Source: Lepidodermella squamata
Taxonomy: Eukaryota > Animalia > Gastrotricha
NCBI GenBank assembly: GCA_047495785.1
Contig: JBLDXI010000002.1
Location: 1,488,001 to 1,552,000, forward strand
Direction: 5' to 3'
Length of the DNA stretch: 64,000 nucleotides
The position numbers and the translations under genes are program-made. Of the stretch, positions 1 to 12,821 are shown one piece after another (position 1 is the first letter of the stretch; the number at the start of each line of letters is the position of its first letter). Under the pieces are notes generated by a model. The model had not been told where the DNA came from, ran no database searches, and saw nothing but the letters and a program-made list of their open reading frames with translations.

Positions 1-2281
1 CTTTGATAGCCTTTGCGTTCCTCCGCGACATGTTCGACCCGCACGCCGGCACATTCTGCTCCTCCTTAATGCAGTGTTGCCTCACCGTTCTACGCTACGG
101 TGTTGTAGGCGACCTATTCGAGCGTATCGGCGCCGCTTCCCGCCGTCTCATACACATCTACGGCTACGACCAAACGTTCAATCGATTTGCAGTTGCCGTT
201 GCGTTTTCGATTTCCTTCTTCATCATCTTCACTACAATTGGCCTGAACGTCATTTTCGGCATCATTGTCGATACGTTCTCGGAGTTGCGAAACAAAAAGT
301 GGACGGCCGAGGCGGATATGCGCGATACTTGCTTCATCTGCAGCCAACAGAGCCATGAATTTGAGCATCACGCCAACGTAAGACAAATTTAAATTGTCAG
401 AAATCAGGCAAAAAATAGACAAATTCTCAAAAATTTATAAGAGGAAGTAAACACCTTGCCCATTTCCAGTTCACAATTTTTAGCGCGAAAGCTGATTTTC
501 TAACCTTCCATGATTTGTTTTGTCCAAAGTTGCGGTACCTTGAAATTTGGTATTAATTTTTTTCGTTATCTTTTCCGCTTAATTATGCGGCGACAAGCTT
601 TTCAAATTAATTGAACGTTGTCAGTGTTTTTTGCGTAGTGTGCGGGGCCTATAATTAATTGGGGAAATATTTCGGCGAAATCAAGTATACGCGTTGGTGT
701 CTAATTCCTGGGTTGTTGATTTTGCGAGTTGATTATGCTGTCAAAAATGCCCTATTTTGTTAGTTGTAATGATTGTCGCACCTGTCAATCTTGCGACTCG
801 TATCCTACGTGTCTTTTTTGACTACTACGGCGAAAATTTTTAAATGCTGTCAAAACGAACGTGGGAAATGGACATTCGCGGAAAATCCCGTCAAAATCGT
901 CACTGTCATTCATAACTTGATGTCTTTTTGTTGATTGTCGGAATTCTGTGCTTGTCATTCAAAACCTAGTGTACGGGGTGTTCCATTTTTCAAAATTTGC
1001 CACAATTTTAAGCAAATTTTAAGACATGATTGAAAATTGAAATGACGAAAAACGTGAATAATTTGAAGTAAATTGTGTGTAATTTATTTTTCAGGGCTTT
1101 CAAACTCATGTACGGCACGAGCACAATATGTGGGCTTACGTGTTTTGTAAGTTCGAAATTTTCGAAGCTCCATCATTTGATAATAATTGCCGCTTTAGAT
1201 ATAATACACCTTCACGAGATGAAAATCAACGAGTACACAGCGCTTGACTTTTACGTCAAAAAATTGGTTAGTTTCGAGAGAAATGACCTGGAAATTTATT
1301 GAAATTATTTTCTTTAAGTTGGACCAAGGAAAGTTTGACTTCTTCCCGATGAATATGGCCCTGTCGCTGCGCGTTAATAAAGAGGCGGATGCGGCGGACG
1401 TTAAGCTGGAGCAAGTCCTCGGAAGTGTCACGTGGCTTGTCGATAAGTTGCAAGAAGAGGAAGCGCGTAAACAACGCGATGCCGAACGCGCGCGGCAGCT
1501 CGAATGGGCGCGCAAGTACGGCCGGCAGAAAACCGAGGCCGGGCGTGAGGAGATCAACAACGAACTCCCGTTCTACCCCCTGCCCAAGCCGTTGGCTGGG
1601 TCGGCGCTGTCGCTAGAGAGCAGCCGATCAAGCCAGTCGGAGGACGGCAGCCTGGATCTGCCCCATGATACGGGCGATTTGCCGGAGTTGTCGTCGATTC
1701 ATCACCTGAGCGGGCCAACCGCGCATTCCTCGATATCGAGAATGCCATCAGGCGGCGCGTTGATGCCGCCGTCGAGTGGGATCCCAGGCGGGTCGCGCAC
1801 CCCGAGTGGCGCCAGGACCCCGCGGCCCATCCTAGGCAGCACCAGTGACCACCCTCCACTCCAAGAAACGGCCTCAGCTCGACTAGCAGCCCTGCAGCAG
1901 AGCCAGCTGAGGGCCATGCCATCCGGGCGCCCGGCCTCCACCGTCCCGTCGCCCAGGGCGTCGATTTCGGGCCGCACCTCGCCGATCCCAGCGGCGACCC
2001 TGCCGGCCTTCCCGTCGTCGCCGGCGCCTCTCAGAGCCGCCATTGCGACAGCGCCTAGCACGATCGGTGGCGCCGACTTCCGCGTCGGATCGCCGACCGT
2101 CTCCGAAATGGACCCGCACCTGTCGCTGCCGGCGACCAGCACCCTCTCGTTCCCGCCCCTGTCGCCGCCCCTACCTCGCGCCGCTCCCCCGGCGCCGCCA
2201 CCTGCTCAGCAAGAACAACCAGGCGACCGGCCTGCGTCATCCGCGACTTCCGACTCGCCCCAGCCGCCCTCGGAAATTTAA
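1..2281 (+). CDS. Inositol-trisphosphate/ryanodine receptor-family Ca2+ channel, 3' end (exons <1-377, 1095-1146, 1199-1266, 1319-2281)
   Basis: S6 helix LNVIFGIIVDTFSELR and CFIC...HVRHEHNMWAY zinc-finger motif, both typical of ITPR/RyR C-termini. GT-AG introns keep the frame. A Pro/Ser-rich tail follows. Confidence 0.88.
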
Positions 2282-2541
2282 TGAAAAAAATATGTCAAAA
2301 AATAATTCAAAAATTTGCGATAATAATAATATACCAATGCATGATAAAGCACTTGAAATTATTACTGAACATTATAACGTATTAAATGGCCCGAATTTTT
2401 CACTGAACATAGTCTCATCTAATTTATATATGATATTTATTATATTGGAAATGAATGCAAAAGTTACCTGTCGATACTTTGTATTTATGCTTGCATTTTT
2501 ATTTTATCTCTCACTTGCGATAACTTTTGCTTTTATTTTTC

Positions 2542-2544
<3 letters not shown>

Positions 2545-2572
<28 letters not shown>
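2545..2572. repeat. (TC)14 microsatellite, downstream of the channel gene stop codon
   Basis: Read directly from the sequence. Confidence 0.95.
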
Positions 2573-2575
<3 letters not shown>

Positions 2576-4121
2576 CTCAGTTTGTTGTGTAAGGTGGATA
2601 TGATGACGATGATTTAATTGGTGCATGTTTTACAGCTGTATTTTTGTCTTGTGCTCGATATATATAATATCCAACGATTGTTATGATGGAAAAAGTATAC
2701 TGTACAAATAATTTGAATAAAATAATAAAGTTGCGACTTCAAAAATCTTGCCGACTTTATTTTCTTGGTACCAACTCGGCCTCACTTCCAAATATCGGGC
2801 AGCATTCAAAGCGGAATGAATCGCTGAATGCACAGAATCTCTGCAATTTTCATTGAGCTGGATCCTCGCAGTTTGGCCCTAATTTGCTTTCATCGTCCCA
2901 TTCTTTCCTCGTGTCACAGTTTTGAGCTTACATTCGAGCGGATTATTTCTGACATTTTTGGAATATTTGTTTCAGGTCACCGAGTATGGTGATCGCGTTC
3001 AATCAGCGTGGGGCGCAATGGTCGCGTGGGTACACAGATAAGGAAAAAACAAAAACAAAAATAACTGGGTGCGTGATTATGGTGTTTAAAATTGATCAAA
3101 GCGGGGGTGAAAAATCAGCGTCTGGAGAGGAACCAAGCGAAACCGAGTCGACACAGGGACGTACAATCTATATCCACCTACTCTTGGGTCCGCGTTTCGT
3201 TAAGCGTATTTTTAGCCTCGAAAACAGTGAGATAACCCTGGAAATTTGATTTAAAAGATGGCAGGATCCTACGCAAAAGTGCCAGCTGTGTCACAGTTCG
3301 CTAACAGCCTGATGAGAGTATCCCATTTCCTTTAAATGCCCTCGACTACAGTGGGTAGGTGGGGGAGGAGAATGAACCGTGACTGATTGGGGCCTAGACA
3401 ACTTATGAAGCTTATTAACAGACCTGACAGGGAAAGAAACTAAACATCTGAAAATAGCGGGGGTGAGTTCAGTTCGCCCGAATACCCAAATACCCTGGAT
3501 CCCACGCGGATATGAACAAAGGTAAAAATAATTTAAAAAATGATCAAAACAACGGAGTCTCTTGCTATCGCGATGCTAGAAAATAGGAAGAAAAAAGAAG
3601 GAGAAAAAGAAGCCTTATGCTACCAAATGGACATAGGATTTCCCACGCGCGCTAAATTTTGAACTGATATATTTTAAATACAATATAGCGCGAAAGTTCT
3701 ACTTCTTTTTGGTGGCATAAAAGGTATTTCACGGTTGAATTTTTATTCATTTTTTTATACAGCAATATCTCCTGTCGAAAAACCGAATTTTGCGAGGTTG
3801 AATTTAAAGACAAACGAATGTTGAAATCAATCATTGCTTTATTGTTCCAATTTCCGACGAAAATAACGTTTGTTCACAGTTCACAGCGCTCTAGGGCCTG
3901 GCAAGGTGCCGCAAAGAGGCTCCAGATAATCCAAACAGCGTAGAGAGATATGAATACATTCGTATAGAGGCGATAATATCAAAAATGTCAACGCGAATTT
4001 CTTATGACAAACGTAATAGACAATGGTGACACTCATGTTATGCTAGTTTCGGTGTTTCTCTGCTATGAATCTAATTAATTTATAGTGTGAGAGCGAAATG
4101 TCCTTCAAAATCAATAGGTTC

Positions 4122-5674
4122 CTAGAGCATTATCGGATTGGTAAGAAATTGTCCACCTAAGTAGAACGGTGGCGGGCCCTGATCGTTGCAGTTTGCGAAG
4201 TCGCCGACGCCCACATTGGAGACCGCCCGCGGATAGTCAACTAAATGGAATGCTGAGGGCAAATCAGCGCTGACGCCGTTCGTTAGGACGATTTTCATGA
4301 CTTCGCTGAAAAAATAGCTGTTGCCACCATTGTTGTTACAATTCATTGAAGACAAAGCTGCTGAGTTTCGATGATCCCCACCACCTTGAATGGTGTTTTG
4401 AATGCAGCCGATCAGTTCAGTAGTCCGCCTCAAAAGCGAGGCGAGAACATTCATCGCAGCAATGCGCCGCTTCCCGGACGACCAGCTGTTTTCGCCGTAG
4501 AATGATGGCCTTTTAATTCCCTGGTTGCCGTAGTTTTGCTGAAACCTCTCGGCAATAGTTTCACTGATAGCTGTATACACGTTGCCGATCAAGTCGACCC
4601 GCCGCGGGTCCTCAAGTAGCGATGCTTCATTCGCGGCTGTTTGACTGCCATTGTAGAAGAAAATTGAGGCGTAGATCAAAGCGAATTCGATTTGCGAAGG
4701 TCTGAGTTCGGATAGTACTACGGCAGTTTCCATGTAGATTGACTCGAGTTGGCGCAGAGGTTCGCCGAGACATTCTTTCGCAATTTGCCACGAATTTCCG
4801 GTTCGCTCGAGGGAAAAGAGATTGCAAAGAGCTTCGAGTGCGATTTGCTCGGGCGGGATTGAAGTGTTATGCAAGTTTTGACTTGTGTTGAAGAAACTTC
4901 GAGCGGCCAGAAGTGGAAAGAGCGTTTTTGCAAAAAGTATCACGCGGTCTGAAACTGTAACCTTCGAAAATCCTGTATTAAAACAATTGTTTAAGGAGGG
5001 TTTTAATTTTTTTCAACGAATTTACCTGGTAAGTTCCGGATGAATTCAGCAGCTACGGTGATTTGAGCATCGAAAGCGTTTCCGGTCAGATGGTTCCAGA
5101 TGATATGCGGCGTCATTTGCCAATCAAGCGTAACCGATCCAACACTGCAGAACTGATTGAGAATTCTTGCGGCTTCGATGATGCGCTGCTCGAATTCGGC
5201 TATCAAGCTATCAGTACAGGGCGAGCCGGCATCTTGTGGTATCGAGTTGTTGGTCGGTGTTTCTTCGCTGGCGCTGCTGAATCCGACTGCATTGAGTGAT
5301 GATTTTCTTCGTTGCCGTTTTCGCATTATTGGTTCGGTTAGCAGGCGCTTTTGCGATTCGAGTTGAGTCAGATAGGCGGAAACCTGAGCTCGCTCGTCGG
5401 CTGTTGGTCGGCCGACCCGAACTGCGGACATCGACATTCCAGCGGCGAGGCAAGCGTTGAAGCGGCATAGCTTGCAGTTCGAACTGACCGTATCCGGCGA
5501 GTGGCGGCACGTGTAGAAAGGGTGGGCGACCAGTGAACGTTTGAAAAAGTTGCGGCAACCCTCGCAGCTGAAAGCGCCGTAGTGCCGGCCAGAACTCGAC
5601 ATGCCGCAAACCTCGCACGGCACGAGGCGCTTCAAGTAAGCCAACTTGCTAGGTTCTCCGGCCTTTTTCTTCAT
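4122..5674 (-). CDS. Divergent nuclear hormone receptor (exons 5674-5026, 4972-4122)
   Basis: DNA-binding domain CEVCG...HYGAFSCEGCRNFFKRS...CKLCRFNACLAAGM. The ligand-binding-domain signature FIRNLPGFSKVTVSDRVIL is rebuilt across a 53-nt intron. Confidence 0.9.
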
Positions 5675-6536
5675 GTTTTCGCGGATTGATCAACAATTGT
5701 GCCGAAAAAAATAAAAAGATCACACGACTTTTTTTTTTATAAATGCGGGTAAATGAACGAGACAGGCGAGCGTACGATATGTTTGTATCTATTGACACTA
5801 CCTGGGCATTATATATACCTTCAGCCCCTGTCTGTCTGACTTCAGGCGAACTGTCACACGGCATTTATCATCACGCAACGCCCTCTGCTTCTACATGTAA
5901 ATTTCACTTAGTGATTTCGTCAATGTCACATGCTGGGAATTACTGAAACTAAGGCGTCGTATATACTCGACGATTCAGTTTATAGAAATTGACTCGATAG
6001 CCGTCCAAATCGTCCAAGTTACACACGACTGCTTTCATTGACACAGTTGCGGCCTGTGACACTCACCTCGTAATGAAATTGACCGGATTTTCGCGGTGAT
6101 AATCATTTATATCATGGCTACTTTGTTCCAAAAATTAGCCCGGACTAGGGAAATTAAATTTTGCGCACCTTGGCAGTGCAGCCCGCGTGACCAAACGTTG
6201 TTTGTACATTCAAATAAAAGAACGATCCAAGTGCAGTGTGTAGACATGCCGAATCATTATCCGGGTACTTCAAATTAGTGCCCAATTAGATGCGAAATAG
6301 ACATCGTGTATTCTAGTCCCTCGGATAGAATTAGATTTTAAACAACATTAGTAGTAACCATTATGGGCCACATTTGAAATATTATTGTCGAAGTATGTGT
6401 ATGAAATAGGACGCAATATGTAAAAGACGGCAAAATAAAATAGGCTTCAAGTTTCAGCAGTTTTTATTTCTCGTCAGCTCCGCAATCATAAAGCACTCTA
6501 TTTACCGTAACACAATATTTTTAATGCATTCGCTCT

Positions 6537-7406
6537 TCAAATTTGACCGCCCATGCCCATGCCGACCATAGGTTGGCCAGGAGCGCCAGCAGCAGCAGCA
6601 GCCTGAGGCTTGGCATCCTTGTGCTCAGAATATGGGACGGGGTACAATTTCTCTTCCTTAGGATCGACGATGATGACCTGATCGGGCAGGGGCTTGCGAG
6701 GGCCGGTCTTGCCGGTCGGGTCGTGGTCAAGCATGATTTTGACCTTGATACCGAGCACACCTTGCTTGAGCAGGACGTGTCTCACAGCCTGATCCAGGTA
6801 GTCATTGCAGGGCTCGCCGGAATGGATGAGCAGACCGTCCTGGAACTTCATAGCCTTAGCACGCTGGCCACGAAGCTTACCGGAGACGATGAGTTCACAG
6901 CCCTTAGCACCAGACTCCATGACGAAGCGGAGGACACCGTAGCACGCACTAAATCAAGCGCATAGAAATTATAAAAGACATAGGTTAAGGTGGCAAGGCT
7001 GACCGGCGAACGGGTAGACCACCGATGAGCTTGTAACGGAGGGATTCGCATTGAGCGACGGCCGAAAGACCACGGTTTTGCACTTTGTCGGCATAGATCT
7101 ATATAAGAAAACCTTAAATCGGTCCTTCAGAGCTGAAGTTAGCAGACTTACCTCAACTTCACCCTCGCCGAGACCAAAGCGGCGTTGCACAAACGAGGTA
7201 AGCTCGCGGATGCGGCGACCCTTCTCTCCGAGAATGTTATTGGTCTTGGTGGCCTGAAGAATGATTTCAGTCTTATTGCCGCCAACACGGACTTCGAGGC
7301 CAGTGTAGCCATCTTCGGCAAGCTCCTTCTGGAAGAAGTGGTTCAACTCAGCTTGAAAGACACCGTCGGCAACGATCTTCCTCTTCTTAGAAATCTTGTG
7401 GGCCAT
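6537..7406 (-). CDS. RPS3: 40S ribosomal protein S3 (exons 7406-7152, 7098-7004, 6948-6537)
   Basis: [47 protein letters not shown]; two short GT-AG introns. Confidence 0.98.
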
Positions 7407-9000
7407 CGTCTATGGATTAAGACGCTAAGATCTAAACGTAAAAAGTAGTATTTTATGTCTATCATATGGCCAGAAACTAGAAAAGATGAGTCAATTTCTA
7501 AGATGGTCAATAGCAGTTTGTGGCGTATAGTTCGTAGAAAACCAAACCACCAGCACTTTCAATATCAGCAAACAGCATACTCAGCATTAATTATCGGCAA
7601 CATGTTCAGCTCAGAATCAAGTAAGTAGTAAATGCAAAGTCACAGTCATCATCATCATCATCATTATTGTTCAAATTCATTTAGTTCAGTAGCATCGCAA
7701 ACTCCACTCACACTTGGCTTGCACATCATCAGCAATCAGCGAGTAAAAGAAAGTCGAAATGCTTTGAAGGTGAGATGCGAAGAGATAGAAATAGTGAACG
7801 CCGCTGCCATGTGTATTTGTCGCAAAAAGGTTGCGATCAGCGCAGATCAGATGCAGCTTCCACTCCGAAAACCCCCGAAGAGCGCTGACCGCATCACCCT
7901 CTCTTTACGCGTTGGCCGGCAATAAAATAAAAAATTTATTCGGTGCTAAAATTCATTCATTTATAAGAAAATGTTCTATTTTAAAAAATTGGTCTTTTTT
8001 AAAGTTCTAAAACTAATGAAGTACACGTTGTATTGCTTCGAAATCCATCTAGATTTCTCTATGGAGCAACACAGCAAGACCAACGAGACGTTGTAAACAG
8101 GGCAAAAAACGTAAAGAAATGTGTATGTGTGTCTCACGCATTTTACGACGCTTTTGTTTTGCCTATTTGAAACGACCTGGCTAGAGGTCATATGCTGTCC
8201 TTGTCCAATTGTTCGGAGCTACCCGTCCACGGTTTGTGAACGAGACATGAGGCTTTTGAACGATTTACAGATTTATTTAGACTTGATGTGTTACGTGTTG
8301 GCATTCGCTTCCCCATACTACACCTTGCGCGAATACTAGAAGCTCACTGGCGTCGGCTGATGTTTACTGTCCAAGTGTGCCCAGGATAAATTTTCGTTAG
8401 CAGTTAGCAGCAGCTACGTCTTTCGTTGTTTATTTGAAGCTTGTGGTGATGAGTATGAATACACTTTAAAAAGCCGGCTATCTAATTTTGGATGGTTTCT
8501 TACTCACCCCTTCCCCCTATTTTACGCGTTTCTGTCGTTTTAAGCATATTTAATGCTGAGGATATTCATCTCGTGCTTAATTGTGACCATCGACTGTATT
8601 ATATCCTTACACCTTCTAGTGAAGGCTGAGTTATTTTCCCATCTCGGCTTACGTTGCACAAAATTCCTAAAAATTTTTCATTTGATGTCTCGGCCTGACA
8701 TGCTTGGCACGAAGAAGCCTGGATCACATGGCGATCGCCGAATTGTTCGTAAAGATTTAAAATAATTATGGATTATCTACGTAGGCGCTTCAATGGAGCT
8801 CTTATCTTAGCACAAACGCCCACACACAATATTGCACGTTAGCGATACCTTTCTCGAAATCATTTATCATTCCCGGCCGCGTTTTTTATCTACAGTAGAT
8901 AAGTCTTGACTTACTTATATTTCGCGGTGCTTCATCATTCATTCATTTGATTTTTCTTCCAACTTTTGTTTGTAGTAAGTTATTTGACCTACATTTTCAA

Positions 9001-9733
9001 ATGTCGTGCTGCGACACTAAGAAAACTGCGTCTTGCTCGTGCAACCCGTGCAAGTGCAGCCCTTGCAGCTGCGGAACCTCTTCCAGCCGCCCTCTTCAGC
9101 CAGGCCAGCCGGCACCTAATTTCAGCGGAGTCGCTGTTGTCAACGGAAAGTTCCAGAACATTAGCTTAGCTGACTACAAGGGCAAATATGTCGTATTCTT
9201 CTTCTACCCGATGGATTTCACCTTCGTCTGCCCAACCGAAATTATTGCCTTCTCTGACCGCGTTGAGGTACGACATTCATTTAAATCATGCCCCGTTGAC
9301 AATCTTCTGACTTTTCTTATAGGAGTTCAAGAAATTGGGCGTCGAAGTGATTGGTTGCTCGACTGATTCGGAATACACCCATCTTGCCTGGATCAACACC
9401 CCTCGCAAGCAGGGTGGCCTTGGTGATCTTAAGATCCCACTCCTTGCCGACAAGAATGGAGCTATTGCTCGTTCATATGGTGTTCTCAATGACGAGGGTG
9501 TCGCGTTCCGTGGCCTGTTTGTCATTAACCAGAGCGGAGTCTTGCGCCAGATCACCGTCAATGACATGCCAGTTGGTCGCTCTGTCGACGAAACTCTGCG
9601 TTTGATCCAGGCGTTCCAGTTCACCGACCAGCACGGCGAAGTCTGCCCGGCCAACTGGAAACCCGGAGAAAAGTCGATGAAGGCCGACCCGAGCGGTTCC
9701 CGAGAGTACTTCGAGAAGGCCTCGTCGAAATAA
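9001..9733 (+). CDS. PRDX: Typical 2-Cys peroxiredoxin with a Cys-rich N-terminal extension (exons 9001-9267, 9323-9733)
   Basis: [13 protein letters not shown] peroxidatic motif, GGLG motif, GEVCPANW resolving Cys, C-terminal YF motif. Confidence 0.97.
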
Positions 9734-10045
9734 ATGCTGTAATAACTAGGACAGCAACCGGACCAATAGTTTGACTGAAATCATGATAGACTTGATTAGT
9801 GATAAGCCTCCAAGTTCAATTCAGTTTTTCCATCCGGTGAGCATAATTCTGAGTAGCTTGGTTGAATTCATGAAACCCGTGATTTCTACACGCTTCCGCT
9901 GCATGAAGCTGTATTTTCTCCCCGCAAATTTGATTGCCAAATTTATTATATTAATATGTGAAGCAATAAAAAATAAAATTTATTAGTCCCTGCTAAAATG
10001 ACTTGGTCTTGTTTTTGTTCTCCAATGTCGTAGTGCACAAATTAT

Positions 10046-12036
10046 ATGAAAATCCTGAACAGAGTTGCTGTTTTCAATAATACCATCTGGCGAAACCTTT
10101 CGAGAATGATTCAGGCGTCGAAGTGGCTAAACGAAGCTGTTGATACTGAAACCGGCAAAGCATTCATCCGAAGCGTAGATGGCGACGAAAGGCTGAGAAT
10201 TTCCCTGAAATTTATTCGCCCGGAGAATAACGGCGTCAAATTTTTCAATTTCGAACGCCTGAAAGGCGAAAATCTGGCCACAACTTTTCAACGCATGGCC
10301 AATAACATTCAAAGGGAACTGAAACCAAGCGCTAAAAAGACGAAGGCTGATAAGAAGGCTGCCAAAACAAACGGTTGCGATGATAAGGAAAAGACCCAAC
10401 CGGAGAGTGAGAGATCTACCGTGCGCCTTTCATTCAGAGATAAAATTTGTCTTTTCAGGTGAAACGAACATTTCGGCTATTGATATCGCGTTATTTAAAA
10501 ACGGTGAAAAACTCGATGCGTCGCAAGTGACCAACGGCGAGGCGTGGGAGGCAGCGACGGAGCTGAAAATAGGCGATACGGTGTATCCCCTGGCAAAAAA
10601 CTACCCGACAATCGTGCTGCTTCAAGTTTGCGACACACCCATCGCAACGTACCCCGTTCCGGTGAAGTGCCACCTCGAATTCGCTGATCAAGCCGACTGC
10701 TTGTTTGAATGGTTTGTCTCGAGTAAAAACAAGGAAAGCTCCGATCTTGTCGGAGTTTTGCATAAAAATTGGAACAAAGTTGCGGAGGGTTACTCGTACA
10801 CACCTAGCGAGGCTGAGCTAGGATGCCATTTACTGCTAAAATGCACCCCATTTCAGCGGGGTCCAGATGGAAATATGATAACTGGTGAATCTCAACTATC
10901 CCAATCTTTGCAACCTGTGGTCTCAGGTCCGAAAGAGTGTCCATTTGAAAGGAGGCAAAATAACCATCTTCCGAAATATTCATCTGAGGAAGAAAGAAAG
11001 TAAGCCTAGACAATTTAGATTGTTCGTTTTTATTCTGTTTTATGCTTGTTTAAGGCAAGTTTTGCGGGTGGTGTCGTACAATGTTCTTGCCGAATGTTAT
11101 ACTGATATGGCTGGGACTCAAGAAAATCTCTTCCCATACTGTCCCGAAGAATTTCTCGATTTCAAGTACCGGAAAATGTTACTCTTAAAAGAAATACCTG
11201 GTTACCAAGCCGATGTCATATGCCTTCAGGAGGTCGACCGACACGTTTTTGAGGACGATTACCGTCCAGCGTTGAGATCAGCTGGTTACGAGGGTCAATT
11301 AACGCTGAAAGCTCGTGAAGTCAAAGAAGGAATAGCCATGTTTTACCGGAAAGATCGGTTTGAACTCATCAGTGTTAATTCGCATTATATCGGCGGAGTT
11401 CTGGACAAGGACCCGGATTTTGCGGATTTGAACGAGCGAATCTCAAAAGTTCCCCACATTCGAGAAACGTTTGTAACCCGGTCGTCAGTCGTTCAATTTT
11501 CGCATTTGATCGACAAAACCAACAACCGCCATTTGTTAGTGGCTAACACCCATTTATACTTCCATTGGTCTGCTGATAACATCCGGCTGCTGCAAGGCTT
11601 CGTTTCAGCTCGGTTACTATCGCGTGCAAAAGCTGAAATTGTGAAGAAATTCGGCGTTGAACCTAGTATTTTATTTTGCGGCGATTTCAATTCGGACTAC
11701 CGATGTGGAGTTTATCGGTTGTTTACTAAAGGAAAAATTCCGGGAAATTTCAACGAATTTTACCAGGGCGGTAAACAGAATTTCATCCCGGATCTAGGCG
11801 ATATGATTCAGACTGATTTGAAGCTGTTTTCGGCATCTGGGACCCCGGAATACACGACTTTTGTCTCAGCCTTTGCGGCATGCATCGACTACATTTACGC
11901 CGAACGTGAAAAATTCGACGTTTTGAACAAGCTGCCGATGTATGAGGAGGAGGAATTTCTGCCGATGACTGCGTGTCCGAACCAAGTTTTCCCGAGTGAT
12001 CATTTTGCGATCGTTGTCGATATGAAATACAAGTGA
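10046..12036 (+). CDS. PDE12: 2',5'-phosphodiesterase 12 (EEP/CCR4-like) (exons 10046-10406, 10459-10999, 11055-12036)
   Basis: RVVSYNVLA, LFPYCP, DVICLQEVD, ANTHLYF, CGDFNS, CIDYIY and FPSDH motifs; N-terminus resembles a mitochondrial presequence. Confidence 0.92.
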
Positions 12037-12173
12037 AAACACTGCTCCTTATTTAAAACCAAAGCGTTATTTTGATTTTAAATTTTGAGAATTTTCAATT
12101 TATTCTTGCGCTTTCATGGTTATTCAAGAAGAAAAAATAAACAAGAAGGACTGCGCATTTTCTAGTCTTTAGG

Positions 12174-12775
12174 ATGACTTCTAAAAGAATTTTGTTAATC
12201 ACTGGCGAACCTGGTGTAGGAAAAACGACGCTTGTTCGAAAGATTTTCGCTGAATTATCCCCAGCTACGAAAATCGGCGGGTTTTACACCGAAGAGGTGC
12301 GTGAGAATGGCAGCCGAGTCGGCTTTGACATTGTAACATTAGGCGAAAACTCGATTCGAGCAGAATTGGCGAGAAAGGGTCGCCAGAGTCAGCATTTCGT
12401 TGGCTCCTATGCTGTTTTTACGGGTAGCTTGGAAAAATCTGTCTTGCCTGTTATTGAGGTCTAAATTTCGATATTTACCACCGAAACCATAATTATTTAC
12501 TGGAATAGGATTTGACCAGATATCAAGTGACAATAATCGACGAGATCGGCAAAATGGAATTCAAAAGTCGAAAATTTGTCCAAGCCATGTCGAGGATATT
12601 TTCCGCTAATAATGGCCCAGTTTTGATAGCGACCGTCCCGCTGAAATCAGCCCCTGGCTTGCAATTTGTCGACGATTTGAAAGCTAGAAGCGATGTTGAA
12701 CTCTACACCATTACATATCAGAACAGATCTACTATACTACAATCGATTTTGACTCATGTAAAGGGCTTAATTTAA
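12174..12775 (+). CDS. NTPCR: Cancer-related nucleoside triphosphatase (exons 12174-12458, 12509-12775)
   Basis: ITGEPGVGKTT P-loop, GFYTEEVRE.G.RVGFD, IIDEIGKME. Confidence 0.95.
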
Positions 12776-12821
12776 ATTGGGCGACTATAATTTTATCATA
12801 GACTCATTACTTTTGAAAAAA

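Noticed and set aside
3295-3350. Possible hammerhead ribozyme (CTGATGAG core)
   Set aside because: No GAAA after a convincing stem II (it reads GACT), and no stem I/III pairing.
2986-3650. 87-aa ORF or structured ncRNA between the channel and receptor genes
   Set aside because: No recognisable protein motif and no snRNA, RNase P or SL hallmark. It may be a repeat fragment, and an Rfam or repeat search is needed.
7450-8940. snoRNAs or metal-response elements between RPS3 and PRDX
   Set aside because: No convincing C/D box pair with a terminal stem, and no clear TGCRCNC cluster.
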